Shown: positions 52,501-64,000 of the stretch, one piece after another
Position numbering within the stretch: the stretch's first letter is position 1
How the letters are laid out: each line of letters opens with the position of its first letter
NCBI RefSeq assembly: GCF_006345805.1
Contig: NC_043009.1
Span: 49,476,001-49,540,000, forward strand
Direction: 5' to 3'
Source: Octopus sinensis
Taxonomy: Eukaryota
DNA: 64,000 nt
Program-made: the position numbers and the translations under genes
Notes under the pieces: generated by a model
The model's database searches: none
Seen by the model: only the letters and a program-made list of their open reading frames with translations
What the model was told of the DNA's origin: nothing

Positions 52501-52699
52501 AGGTTCACTTCTACTGTTTCCCCCTTAAGAAATTTTCCCATTACTTATTTTATAGCTTTTACTCTTTTGTGACACATTGTAACACTGTGATATTTGTAAC
52601 AAGAATATGTTTTGTATTTTTGTTTAAATTTTCAAAATTCCCATGGTTTCTAAGAAGTTTAGTGAAATAACTATCTTTCATCTTAATAGTTGTCACCCA

Positions 52700-52882
52700 C
52701 CATAGGCACAAGGCTTACAAATGTAGAGGAAGAGGAGAAGAAATTCACTCGATTATAATCAACCCTGCTACTACACTGTTACTTTATTTTATCAACTCTT
52801 GAAGGGTGAAACGTGAAGCTCGGTGAGATTTAAACTCAGAATGTAGAGCCAGAATCTTAGCTCAATATGCTAATGATTCTGG
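52700..52882 (-). mobile_element. Degenerate B-family SINE
   Basis: TAGGCACAAGGC, CTGTTACTTTATTTTATCAAC, GCTCGGTGAGATTTAAACTCAGAATGTAG and ATGCTAATGATTCTG. Confidence 0.6.
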
Positions 52883-52896
52883 TAAATCATATACAC

Positions 52897-53526
52897 TAAA
52901 CCCTTTTAATACCAGCTGACCTGAAACTTCTTCTAAGTTCTATGGTACAAATTTCTCTGGTTTTAAAGTGAACTGAATTAAAACATATCCCTAAATATCA
53001 TGTTGATTATGTTCCAAATACCTGCTTAAAAATGACATTATTTTGCTAAATTTGGCATTATATTAAGAATTAATTGAAGCAAGGGCGCAGGAGTGGCTGT
53101 GTGGTAAGTAGTTTGCTAACCAACCACATGGTTCCGGGTTCAGTCCCACTGCGTGGCATCTTGGGCAAGTGTCTTCTGCTATAGCCCCGGGCCGACCAAT
53201 GCCTTGTGAGTGGATTTGGTAGACGGAAACTGAAAGAAGCCTGTCGTATATATGTATATATATATAAGTGTGTGTGTATATGTTTGTGTGTCTGTGTTTG
53301 TCCCTCTAGCATTGCTTGACAACCGATGCTGGTGTGTTTACGTCCCCGTCACTTAGCAGTTCGGCAAAAGAGACCAATAGAATAAGTACTGGGCTTACAA
53401 AGAATAAGTCCCGGGGTCGATTTGCTCGACTAAAGGTGGTGCTCCAGCATGGCCGCAGTCAAATGACTGAAACAAGTAAAAGAGTAAAAGAGTACTTCAG
53501 CAGAAATATGGTAACAACAAGGCTAA
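52897..53526 (-). mobile_element. Diverged piggyBac-type MITE relative, split by SINE A (parts ~52897-53083 and ~53490-53526)
   Basis: CCCTTTTAATACCAGCTGACCTGAAAC, GGTACAAAT, TGAATTAAAA, TTATTTTGCTAAATT and TAATTGAA match the reverse complement of 46666-46894. After the SINE, AGTACTTCAGCAGAAATATGGTAACAACAAGGCTAA matches the remaining end. Confidence 0.65.
53084..53493 (+). mobile_element. SINE family A, full length
   Basis: GGCGCAGGAGTGGCTGTGTGGTAAG (A-box-like), GGGTTCAGTCCC (B-box-like), TCTTGGGCAAGTGTCTT (CORE-like), internal (TA)(TG)n, and tail AAACAAGTAAAAGAGTAAAAGAGT. Confidence 0.92.
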
Positions 53527-55072
53527 ACAAGCTGACAAGAATCGGAGTGATAGGAGACACTGTCACCTTGTTAATAGAAAGCAAATGTTTAACTGAGTGA
53601 TGTAGCACTTAAATATCAATGAAGACTTGAATTTAAAACTGAACACTTTATAAGTCAAAAATCGATGTCAAAAGAACTAATTCACAAAAAAAAAAAAAAA
53701 AATTCAGCTGGAAACTGGAATTGAACTTATTTCCTCTCCATTCATGTTAAACCAACTGATATCAAATCAGCTGAAAGATTATGAAATAAAATGAAATAAA
53801 GATGTGAATCCTATAGAAATTAGCTCAAAGAGTAAATTTCTACGAATCTAAATTTACAAAAATCAACTTAAAAAACAATTAAAAGAAATTTCCAGATTTT
53901 TAAAGATTTTTTTGTTGTTTTTTTTTTATGTAGTCCAGTTCATTGTCGAGAAAGTGTTCTGTTATAGCAGAAAACTAATGTATCGATTAGTCTCAAATTT
54001 CTGTAGAAAACCATCAACATTGATAATAACAAAGTGAATATCTTTTGCACACCAACAATTAGCCTTTCACCTTTGAAGAAAATAGGCTGGTATCAGTAAC
54101 TATTGATTTCTGGAGTCTAGCGCACAATCTGATGAATCCACCTAAATCCCAAACTGCTGCTGCTGTTGTTGTTGTTATTATTATTATCATTATTATTATT
54201 ATTATTGATGCTCTAAGTATTGGGTGCAGGGTGACAAATTAGTGAAGATTCTATTTTATATATTTTAGTGTTGTTTGCTTGTTTTCAATAGGGAAGTCTC
54301 AAATTACTCTTGCTTAGATCAACACTGAACTGGCAAATAGCTACTGCTGGTGCTGCTGCTGCAGTTAGAATGTTATATGTATACAGACAAATAAATGCAG
54401 ATATTCCTGCACACTCTCTGATCTCTACAGAAACCTTTAAGACCTATTTCAGCAATGACAGCTGAAATTGGCAATCGCATTAAAAGAACGTAATATAAAT
54501 GAATACAAATAAAGACAGGGAGTAAAAAAAAAAAGAAATGAAGGGAAAAATGAACCAGAAATGAACTTGAAATGGCAAAAATGAAATAAAATAAAAAAAG
54601 AAATGAAAATAAATTATAAACAAGCAAATAAATAAAATCAATCAAAAGGAACAGAGTTCCAAAAGCAAATGCATGGAAAGGAAAAAAAAAGAGAAAGATG
54701 AAATTGATAACAAATAAGTCTTAATCTTACTAAGATCCCGCAAGAATTTTAAGAATGGAATTGTTATTCTTTGCTGGATCAGAAAATATATCAATGACAT
54801 GATGACAATTTATCGCAGACGTTTGAAGACGAGACATTTACACAATTTCAACATTTGGGACTCGGAACAATCCTTTTGTTTTACCGTTTTCAAAGCCTAG
54901 CAACGCTGTTTTCCGCAGATGAAACGGCAGTTGTATTTGTTCAATTCTGGTGGCAAGTTATTGTCAGAGTTTCTTTCACACATCTTTAGTTAAAAGAAAA
55001 ACCCCGAGACAAAAAAAAAAAAAAGATGCATTCATGCATGTGTATGAACATGTGTATGAACATGTGTATGAA

Positions 55073-55124
<52 letters not shown>

Positions 55125-55393
55125 GGTTCCCTTGTTAATGTGTGTATTTGTCTAGGTATCTGCATGGGTATTAGAGACGATTCTGCTTAATAAATAGGGA
55201 GCGGACAAGAATAATGGCATTAACACTAGCAAGGATAATAACATTTTTTAACAATGACAAAATAGCAAAATAGGAAGTTGCAAAATAGAGAATATAAATG
55301 TAAAAGAGAAAATGAAAAAGACCACAAGGAAGAAAGAAAACGACAAAAGACACACACACACCCACAAATGACCATACAAGAAAGACAGACACA

Positions 55394-55434
<41 letters not shown>

Positions 55435-56176
55435 ACACACCCCAAAAGTTGCTGTTGAGAAATGACTACATGAATGTGGAATCCTGGGATTGATCCCTTG
55501 AATGCATGAATTGTAAAAAAAACTGGTCTGACATGTGGGCAGGGAAAATGTTTGGAATTTCAACAAATAGTAAAGGAGAGTTTATCCTTAAGTGATAAAC
55601 TTGTATATAATAAATATATAACAAAAAGTGGAACATCAAAAAAAAAAAAACTAAATAAATAAATAAATAAATAAATAAAAAAAATCTTTAGATATATCAA
55701 AGAGATTTTAGCAATGGCTTGCAGATGTATTTTCTGACAAAGTTTTGTTGCAAGATATTTCGGTAGTCAGTGATTCTGTTCATTAAACTATTTTCTTGCA
55801 CATTTCTGTAGTGCTGTAGTGGCAAAGCCAGAGGGTAGACATTTTAGCGTTTTGATAAGAGGAAAAAAATTAAGAAGCATGTATAAACAAATAGAAGTTA
55901 GTGTGTAGACAAGTATGTAAGGAGTGAATAATGAATGTGTATATGTGGTATGTGCCCAATTCAATATACACACACACATATACACACACACACACATCGT
56001 ATATTTGTTAATATAATGGAAAACATGTATGTGTGAAACAGAGAGGGAAAGAAATGGCTAACATGAAAAATGGGGTGTCAGAGAAACTATGTGTGTGTGT
56101 GTGTGTATGAGAATGAAAGGGAAAAATGTGTATGTTTGGTTAACATTACTATAACTACTGCTGCAGCTACTACTAC

Positions 56177-56208
<32 letters not shown>

Positions 56209-57457
56209 GTAATAGTCATTAAAGATATCTAATCTCCCAAGGAAAAAAAGCTAAGTTAAGTTGGTTGCCTCCAGCCTGATTTATTACCTGTTATAGCTAT
56301 TAATAAGGCGGGTACTACAAGTGCTCTGGAAACATCCTTCTATTGATGGAAAAATTCTGGCCTGCGGCAGAGAGGGGTGTTCGGCAACACCCTCAATAAC
56401 TCTCCCACAATTCTAACATCCTGTAGCAAGAAGCAGCTGAATAAAAGATTCTACAGTATTTAAAGAGATGTACGACTGTTGGAATAAGAAGTGATGCCAT
56501 CAGAATTACAAGACTTGTTTAACACATTACAAAACATTACAACATACACACACACACACACACACACAGACACACGTGTGCGTGCACACTCACCCATACA
56601 TACATACAAGCATGCACACACACACACTGGTATGGTAGTTAGTTATCCTCAGCCAACAGAATATTTTTGTGATCTAATTTCAAATCCCAGATGGAACCAT
56701 TTCACTAACGTCATTAATTCCCATAGGGAAAGGCATTAATGTCACTATTTCCTGCTTCTACTCCTCTAATAATCATAAAAGTGTGTGTTAAGTATGAAAA
56801 CACTGCTGCACACTAGGGATGTACGAGTGTGGATGGATGGAGAGATGCAGAATTTTACTGTGTATTTTATGGGTTTTTTTCCCCTTTTTTTTAATGGTAT
56901 CAAGTTTTGTAATTCCCTAGTTCTGCTTTAAAATACTTTGACTGTGTCAACTTAACCCATATTCAATAATAGAAGAATTAGTTGGGATCCTGGTGGAATG
57001 AGTGCACAACCTAGTTTTGATCCACAGCTGTTGATAGCTATTTCACATCATTTCCATTACAAATACTCTTAAAGGAAAAAATAACAAAAACAAATGACAA
57101 GTCTCTCAAAACAAAGAAGGAACTACAATGCTGTTGCTCAACTAAGAGTTGTTATTGAAACTTGCTCTTTTAACAATGAAATGACACAGACTGTATAGCC
57201 AAGATCCTATTTTTTTTGTAACGAGGACGGGTGGGGGTGCTGGCTTGCTCAATTAAGGGTAGGCTTGAATCTCTTTTACCTTTCCCAAAATATTTTAAGT
57301 TAGGGGAAATATTAAAACTAAGATACTAACATATATTGTGGAAAATAAACTGGAGGTTAACTGAGATGATTTCAATCATTTTCTATATGCACACATGCAC
57401 AAAGAAAAGCTGGTCTGTAGTACTGGTAAGGACCATGCCAATGCTACCAAAGACAAG

Positions 57458-57567
57458 GTGGACTGGAGCAATGACAAATAAGTGTCTTGCTCAAGGACAC
57501 GATTCAGAGCCAGGAATTGAACTTATTACCTTATGTTTGTGAGTCAATGCCCAAATCATATGCCATA
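57458..57567 (-). mobile_element. SINE family D-like head plus CORE-like domain fragment
   Basis: Minus strand reads TGGCATATGATTTGG...AAGTTCAATTCCTGG...GTGTCCTTGAGCAAGACACTT...TTGCTCCAGTCCAC, similar to 61400-61500. Confidence 0.6.
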
Positions 57568-57801
57568 ATAAAAGGATGTTAACCAACCAACTAAAGACCT
57601 CAGATACTTTCATATTTGGTTACTGATGATATACTTTAATCCTTATAATCCTTACAATTGGTACTCAATTTTTAAATGACTAAGTCTAACTTGGTCCTAC
57701 TGCGAGGTGCAACTCACTACTGAATAAGTACCAATATTCTAAAATAGGTCAGTGTTTTGTTATTATGCATTAATGAGTTTAAATTCATCCAAGAATATAA
57801 C

Positions 57802-58040
57802 ATTTCTTATTTCTTTACTGCCCACAGGGGGCTAAACATAGAGGGGATAAACAAGGACAGACAAAGAGATTAAGTCGATTACATCAAGCCCAGTACGCAA
57901 CTGGTACTTATTTAATCGACCCCAAAAGGATGAAAGGCAAAGTTGACCTCGGCGGAGTTTGAATTCAGAACATAGTGGCAGACGAAATACCGCTAGGCAT
58001 TTCGCCCAGCGTGCTAACGTTTCTGCCAGCTCGCCACCAT
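57802..58040 (-). mobile_element. SINE family B, B1 tail, full length, with TSD
   Basis: Reverse complement is collinear with 18641-18873; direct repeat GAATATAAC at 57793-57801 and 58041-58049. Confidence 0.9.
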
Positions 58041-59628
58041 GAATATAACGTGCCAGAAGATTGGCTCAACCAGGTTCCATTGAGCCTTGATGACCAAACA
58101 TTACACAAAGCAAATGTAAAATTATTTCTTACTAAAAATTGAACATTATTCAAACATTCCATTCAGACTAGAAGGTGAAGGGTAAATTTTTCATTTCAAT
58201 ATGAATACTTCAATCTCTGCATGAACTACCAATAGAATTTTTGACCTCCTTCACAAGAATTTACATCGGAGTTACTCTCGGTAGAATAACAATTCTTTTA
58301 TACTTCAATTTCACAAAACTAACAGAGAATGGTTTGGAAAGTAAATTAGCCAGCAATTCTTCAGTTCAGGAACTCACAAGTCTTCAAGGACTGTAGATCT
58401 TCAATCTATTATCATAGAGGAAAATTAACATTGAATATATTTTTCTTTTCAAAATGAGTGCAGAAATACAGAACTTAGTAAACCAGTAAACCTAATAGTT
58501 TGAAGAATATTATTATAACCGAAAATGTACCAAGGATAATTCATGCCTTTTATTCCTATACTTCCATTTATTTAAAGTAAAAGAAGAAAATGCTAAGGCA
58601 TTTTTTTTTGTTTTAATTTTAGTAATTTGAAACTATTTAAATATTTTCTTGAATACTTATTATTATTATTATTATTATATGCTAGAAACAATTTGCCATC
58701 TGAACAATACAGATGCGTGTGAAAGTGCATGAGGATGATGTGTATGTGTATATGTGCAAGTATATGCATGCATGTATACATACACTTAAAAAGTGTGTGC
58801 TTGCATGTGTGTGTGTGCTATAGTTAAAGTAGATTTATTATGCTAATCTGAAGAGATACAGAACATGTTCAGAACCAAATTAAATGTTTATTTGGAATCT
58901 TTCTCTCCAACAAAACAATAGTGAGGGACATTAAATTTTTATATTTCTGAAAACCCTCTAATCCACTTTGATTGATTGATTGATTGATTGATCAGTCGAT
59001 TGATGGGTGTTAATGATGACAGTGGTGGTTGTGGTAGTTACAAAGATGGTGATGATAAAAACAATCAATGGGAGGGGAATGAGAGTTGTGATGGTGAAAT
59101 GAAGAGGATCACAGAAGTAATTATAATGATGATGCTGATGGTGGTAGTGGTGGTTGAAGTGGTGGTGGTGATGACAAAATGGCAATGATGATGATTAGAA
59201 CTGAACCAAAAAGTGCCTATTACAGTAATTGATTTACAAAACAAAAGTGTAAGACAAAGAACACAACAAAAATGCAAACAACAACCCCTGTGCCTTGTTT
59301 CTCTCTGCCAAACTGGTCTGGTAAAATTGCATTGTAAAAATTAAAGGATACTCTTTTCTATTAAGTCTATGTGATAATTGAATCCTAAACAACAGGTGCT
59401 TTTCATTAAAAAAAAGAAAACAGTTATAAAAACAATATCAAAACAAATGAAAAAGAAAATTTGGAATCACCCCTAACTTCTTCACACACAATCAACTCCA
59501 TTCCTTAATTAAATTATTTTCTCATTGTTAACAGACTGGTAAAATAGAAAGAAAAAAACAAAACAGAAAAAGAAAAGCCAACTAACTAGAATACATACAC
59601 ATATGTACATTCATATCCACATGCATGT

Positions 59629-59663
<35 letters not shown>

Positions 59664-60817
59664 CACACAGCTTTTGAAAATATTTTAATTTGAAAACAAG
59701 TTAAATGTTTTTTACAGTATCTTGACAAAATATTTAACAAATAGGTTTGACAAACAACTTGTTTTTGGTGGGCAAAGTTGGAAAGGTGATGTGTTGAGGA
59801 GGCGTGTATTAGAATGTCAACGCCATTTCTGGAGAACATTCATCCAAAAATAAAGTATGAGAATCCAGCAGAGTGGCACCCGTGCTGAGACTCAATTCTA
59901 TTGGAGGACAACTGGGAAGTAGATATTTGTAGAAACTAGTGAGGTACAATTTTAAAAAAATCTACACTGGTAACTAATATACCATGTTTACTTATGTATG
60001 AGTAGCATTTGTGTACAAATCATACCTCTAATTTAGAGTTAAATCTACATACAAAAGTTTTTCCCTTCTTAGTTTTAGCTTTACCTTGTGTATAAATTGT
60101 ACCCTAGATATTTTAGTTAATATTTAATATAAAATAGCGCAACTTATACACAAGTAATTATTGTAAATAAAATCAAACAAAGAGGAATCAAAACTGTGAC
60201 TGTGGCCAAGTGTCACAAACCAAGCTATTTTACTAGCATTTACAGTGGTCACAATTGGAATCAATGTCTACATATCAACTTCTAACTTTAGAACAAGACT
60301 TTAGAACAGGACAGCACACAGTCATTTGGATTAAAACCCAATAAGTTTGGTACTTATTGATTATGGAGAGCTAAATCATGAGTGGGTGGAGGGTGAAACT
60401 TAATTCTAAAATGTTTTTGAAAAAGGTGTTCTTTTATTACATGAAGTCTTCATCTTAAAATTCCAATATCTTAGCAAGGGTCAGTCAGATAGTTATTATA
60501 ATTTGGTAATGGCTTAGTCAATGACACTGTCATACCTAAGTTTCTAGTAACTTATAGCAAGGTCTGAACTTAGGATCAACATGATAAGTGATAGTTCAGT
60601 ACATCTGTAACTTGAAAGGACTATGGTTCAAAACCAAACAGAAATGATAACAGAATGAAGAATGCAATACATGAGATGCAATACAGTTAAATAATTAATT
60701 TTTAAAAGTTGATAGAGACTGAAATTTTATCAAAACATGGCTTTTCAAACAATTTGGAAAGCCAGATTCTGACAATACTTTACAGATATTGTCTCCTTTA
60801 TAAGATATATATATATA

Positions 60818-60967
60818 TTATCATCATTTTTAACGTCTGCTTTCCATGCTAGCATGGGTTGGATGGTTTGACTGAGGGCTGGCGAACCAGATGGCTGCAC
60901 CAGGCTCCAGTCTTGATCTGGCAGAGTTTCTACAGCTGGATGCCCTTCCTAACACCAACCACTCCGA
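60818..60967 (-). mobile_element. Family C 3' portion
   Basis: TCATCATTTTTAACGTCTGCTTTCCATGCTAGCATGGGTTGG...TTTCTACAGCTGGATGCCCTTCCTAACACCAACCACTCCG. Confidence 0.88.
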
Positions 60968-61192
60968 TATAAAACCAGTATGGCTAAATATACAGCTAGG
61001 ATTTTAATGTCATTGATATCAAAGTAATCAAGAAAGGGTGGTTTAGTTTTTGTCATCATAAAAATAATGTAATCCAGCAATGAAATCCCATTTGAACATA
61101 GTATTAAAATGAACTGAGAAAAATTCAACTCATATCTACTCTATATGTTTGTATCAAATAAAATCATTATGAATGTAGAGTAAAATGATATA

Positions 61193-61506
61193 GTAAAGGG
61201 TAAAGACCCCCTTCGGTCATGAATGACCATGGGATTGCACCTAGAAAGTTACCCTCCTAGACACAAGTCCGGGCAAGGTTGTTTATGGAAGACCAGCAAT
61301 CGCCCATGCATACCAGCCTCCCCTCTCCACGCCACCAGTGTTATCCAAGGGAAAGACAAAGGTTGATACAGCTTGGCACCAGTGACATCGCAACTCATTT
61401 CTACAGCTGAGTGAACTGGAGCAACGTGAAATAAAGTGCCTTGCTCAAGAACACAACACGCAGCCCGGTCCGGGATTCGAGCTCACAACCTCACGATCGT
61501 AAGCTC
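61193..61506 (-). mobile_element. SINE family D (CORE-like), A box missing
   Basis: Minus strand: B-box-like GAGCTCGAATCCC, CORE-like GTGTTCTTGAGCAAGGCACTT..TTGCTCCAGTTCACTCAGCTGTAGAAATGAG, and 3' end GGTCATTCATGACCGAAGGGGGTCTTTACCCTTTAC. Confidence 0.8.
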
Positions 61507-62499
61507 TGTACATTCTAACAGGGACAGATATATTACAAACTCTGTTGGCATATATAAATATGGCCTGACACATCTAGTACCTTAAGCCTGCCTCACCTAA
61601 TTGCTTTTACCTGTTGCTTTTATTTCTGGCAAAAAAATCCATTCAACCGTTTGAATTCTGACTAGAGAAATAACCATAAAAGTATTTGACTGTTGTATGT
61701 GTAAGCACATGTGTGTGTATGTGCATGTGTGCGTTTATTGGGTGCAGAAATAGAGAGAGAGCCTCAACCATGAATAAAATAATAATACAATCCGGATATA
61801 TTTATTATAAAACCCTATTTAAATAATCAGTTTTAAACGTCAAGTCAGTCATTTTCTGTTCCAAATATCAAATCCTTTGCTCAAGCTCCTTTTGTTGTTC
61901 TGCAAGAGATGGTGGTGGAGGTTTGAGATAAATGTCACTCTATTCTGACTCCACCCACTTCTGTTCTCTCATTACTCTGTGTTTATTCTGTTATCAAAGG
62001 TGATGTAGAGGATATAGAAGACAGCGGGATAGACTGGGGTGGAGGCTTCATAAACATAAATACATATTTACTATTTCTGACAAAACTCCCGGTCTTCCAG
62101 TTCTGTCAGTTGTTAGTGTTGACTTTGCACTTCACTGTCTACATAAAAATTATCAATTAGCTAACTTACTTTAGGTGGATAAGTTACATAAGCCTGTGCA
62201 CTGTGTGTGTGTGTGTGTGTGTGAAAGTGTGTCAGTGTGTTTCTGTGTCAATATGCAAGCGTACATGAATGTGTCAGTGTGGAAATGTCATGCGTTTGCA
62301 AGTGAGCATGTGAATGACCATGTATGTATATGCATACATGCAAATATATGGATATGCGGGTGGAAGTATGTGTACGTATGAATGTGTATTTTTGTATGTA
62401 GGGAAATATGCATGAACGTGAATGAGTATGGGATATCTCTGTGCATGTATGTCTGTATTGACGTCTGAGGAAGTGGGAATTGTGTGTGTGTGTGTGTGT

Positions 62500-62552
<53 letters not shown>

Positions 62553-62949
62553 CAGAGAGAATTACCAGAGAACAGGCAGGAGAAAGAGAGAATTTTAATT
62601 ATTTTGGATGAGTAGAATTTTTAACAAGATATCCAATTTATCAATAGTTACATTATGGTAGAAGCATATCAAAATTTTAAAAAACTGACATACACACATT
62701 GATTTATTGCCTTTTTAAAAGTGCAAAAGTGTGTGTGTGTGTGTACGTGTATAAATATAAATCATCAAAATATTTAATCACACATGTGTAAAAGTATGAT
62801 CTGGTCGATGATACTATTTTAACCACCGTATCTAATTTACAAATTCTACTTGCCTTGTTTCGCTGACTAAAGAGCTTCTCTAACTCTCAGTAACTAGAAA
62901 TTGATGAAAACCAAAGCGATAAAAATAAATAGCAGTCAAAGATCCCTTG

Positions 62950-63127
62950 TATCCACCCTTTTATTTTAAAGGGGGAGGATACACTATGCTCAAGATACAC
63001 TATGCTTAAAAAGGTGAGAAAAAATAGAAATATAAAAAAATTTTTAAACTAGTTGGCTACAGCCAGAATGTCTTTGATCAAAGGTTTGCTCAGAGCTGAT
63101 GTAGAGTTAAACAACAACAACAACAAG
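62950..63127 (+). mobile_element. Family E 3' part
   Basis: GATACACTATGCT (duplicated) and CAGCCAGAATGTCTTTGATCAAAGGTTTGCTCAGAGCTGA..TAAACAACAACAAC. Confidence 0.65.
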
Positions 63128-63191
63128 AATATTAAGAAGTTGGGTGATCTTACAGAGCAAGTAATTAAAACTTTGTGAGTATATACATAAA

Positions 63192-63832
63192 CAAGGTGGT
63201 GCTGTTAAAGTTTCTGGCTTTGGGTAAAAGAAAATACAGGAGAAGTTAATTATGATTTTATTCATCAAAATCAAAATCGTAATCTATCAACATCAATGGA
63301 ATTTGTAGCTTTGATACCAGTGCCGGTGGCACGTAAGAGAGCCATCTGAACATGGCCGTAGCCAGCGCCTCCCGACTGGCCTCCGTGCTGGTGGCACATA
63401 AAAAGCACCATCCGACCATGGCCGTTGCCAGCTTCGTCTGGTCCCCGCACCGGTGGCACATAAAAAGCACCAGCCGATCGTGGCCATCTGGCAGCCTCGT
63501 CTGGCACCTGTGCTGGTGGCACGTAAAAAGCACCCACTACACTCACGAAGTGGTTGGCGTTAGGAAGGGCATTTAGCTGTAGAAACACTGCCAGATCAGA
63601 CTGGGCCTGGTGCAGCCTTCTGGCTTCCCAGACCCCAGTTGAACTGTCCAACCCATGCCAGCATGGAAAGCGGACGTTAAATGATGATGATAATGATGAT
63701 TCTCCTCTCAGATACACACTTATTGCAGTGGTCCTTCAGTTTTTCTAAGCCTGTAAAAAAACTCGGAAGGTTGGGCCCCCAGCCAGGCCTTTCATGATAC
63801 CTTTAAAGCCAGGGACTTTACAGCTCCCCTTT
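63192..63832 (-). mobile_element. mariner-derived non-autonomous element (~205 bp) interrupted by a family C insertion
   Basis: Imperfect TIRs AAGGTGGTGCTGTTAAAGTTTCTGGCTTT and AAAGCCAGGGACTTTACAGCTCCCCTT with TA nearby at both ends. The minus strand from 63754 reads TGLEKLKDHCNKCV, then LRG after a frameshift, and GAATAA lies just left of the insertion; this resembles the mariner transposase C-terminus (KL..R..KC...G.YVE*). Confidence 0.75.
63265..63700 (+). mobile_element. Family C, longest copy, 3.4 internal tandem units of 62-65 bp
   Basis: Units start at 63320, 63385, 63447 and 63510 (GTGC(C/T)GGTGGCAC(G/A)TAAAAAGCACC...). They are followed by GTTGGCGTTAGGAAGGGCAT..AGCTGTAGAAA, CCATGCCAGCATGG and GGACGTTAAATGATGATGAT; the left end is TCAAAATCAAAATC. 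Confidence 0.9.
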
Positions 63833-64000
63833 TATATACAGTATAACAGCATATGTAGAGATCATGTAAAAGTGTGAATAAAGAGTTGAGATTTCTACAC
63901 ATGCTGCAGTATGAACATTGAGTGTAGATTACTGTAAGATCAACATCAAGGTATATATACTGAGTGTTGATAGCTGCACAAGCAACAGTGTATAGGTAAA

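Noticed and set aside
58205-58396. ~63-codon Met-less open frame, considered as a transposase remnant
   Set aside because: No DDE/DDD or RT motifs are recognisable in any frame.
63320-63534. CRISPR-like repeat-spacer array
   Set aside because: The spacers are homologous to each other (tandem units) and lie inside a eukaryotic interspersed repeat; there are no cas genes.
192-63748. The ORF track as evidence of genes
   Set aside because: Nearly all ORFs are translations of microsatellites (YI, CV, HT, LS, ER, poly-I/N/Y/V) or of SINE bodies; none shows a recognisable domain.

Overview
This is AT-rich eukaryotic DNA saturated with microsatellites, and I recognise no protein-coding exon, RNA gene or CRISPR array in it. 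The supplied ORFs are almost all translations of simple repeats or repeat fragments. The SINE families and the extreme (TA)n/(CA)n/(GA)n/(AAT)n/(GATA)n load suggest a coleoid cephalopod, probably Octopus; this is inferred from recall, not from a database search. The window looks like a large intron or gene desert. Labels A-F are my own working names for the interspersed repeats, all compared by eye. A: ~410-bp tRNA-headed SINE with an internal (TA/TG)n. B: tRNA-like-headed SINE with two alternative tails (B1, B2). C: element with a (GAT)n tail and internal tandem units. D: CORE-like SINE. E: old element with an (AAC)n tail. F: tRNA-headed SINE with a 12-bp TSD. There are also TTAA-flanked piggyBac-type MITEs, a mariner-derived MITE, a further TIR-bounded MITE and a 3' fragment of a CR1/L2-type LINE. 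The best leads are: a B2 SINE subfamily repeatedly embedded in (AAT)n tracts (possible microsatellite-targeted retrotransposition); a ~270-nt foldback at 10.0-10.27 kb; a triple fixed-spacing GAACAATAG-N3-CAGGAA (SOX-like plus ETS-like) motif at 29.65-29.9 kb; and several nested insertions that order the families in time. I see no convincing evidence of a new gene-encoded system.
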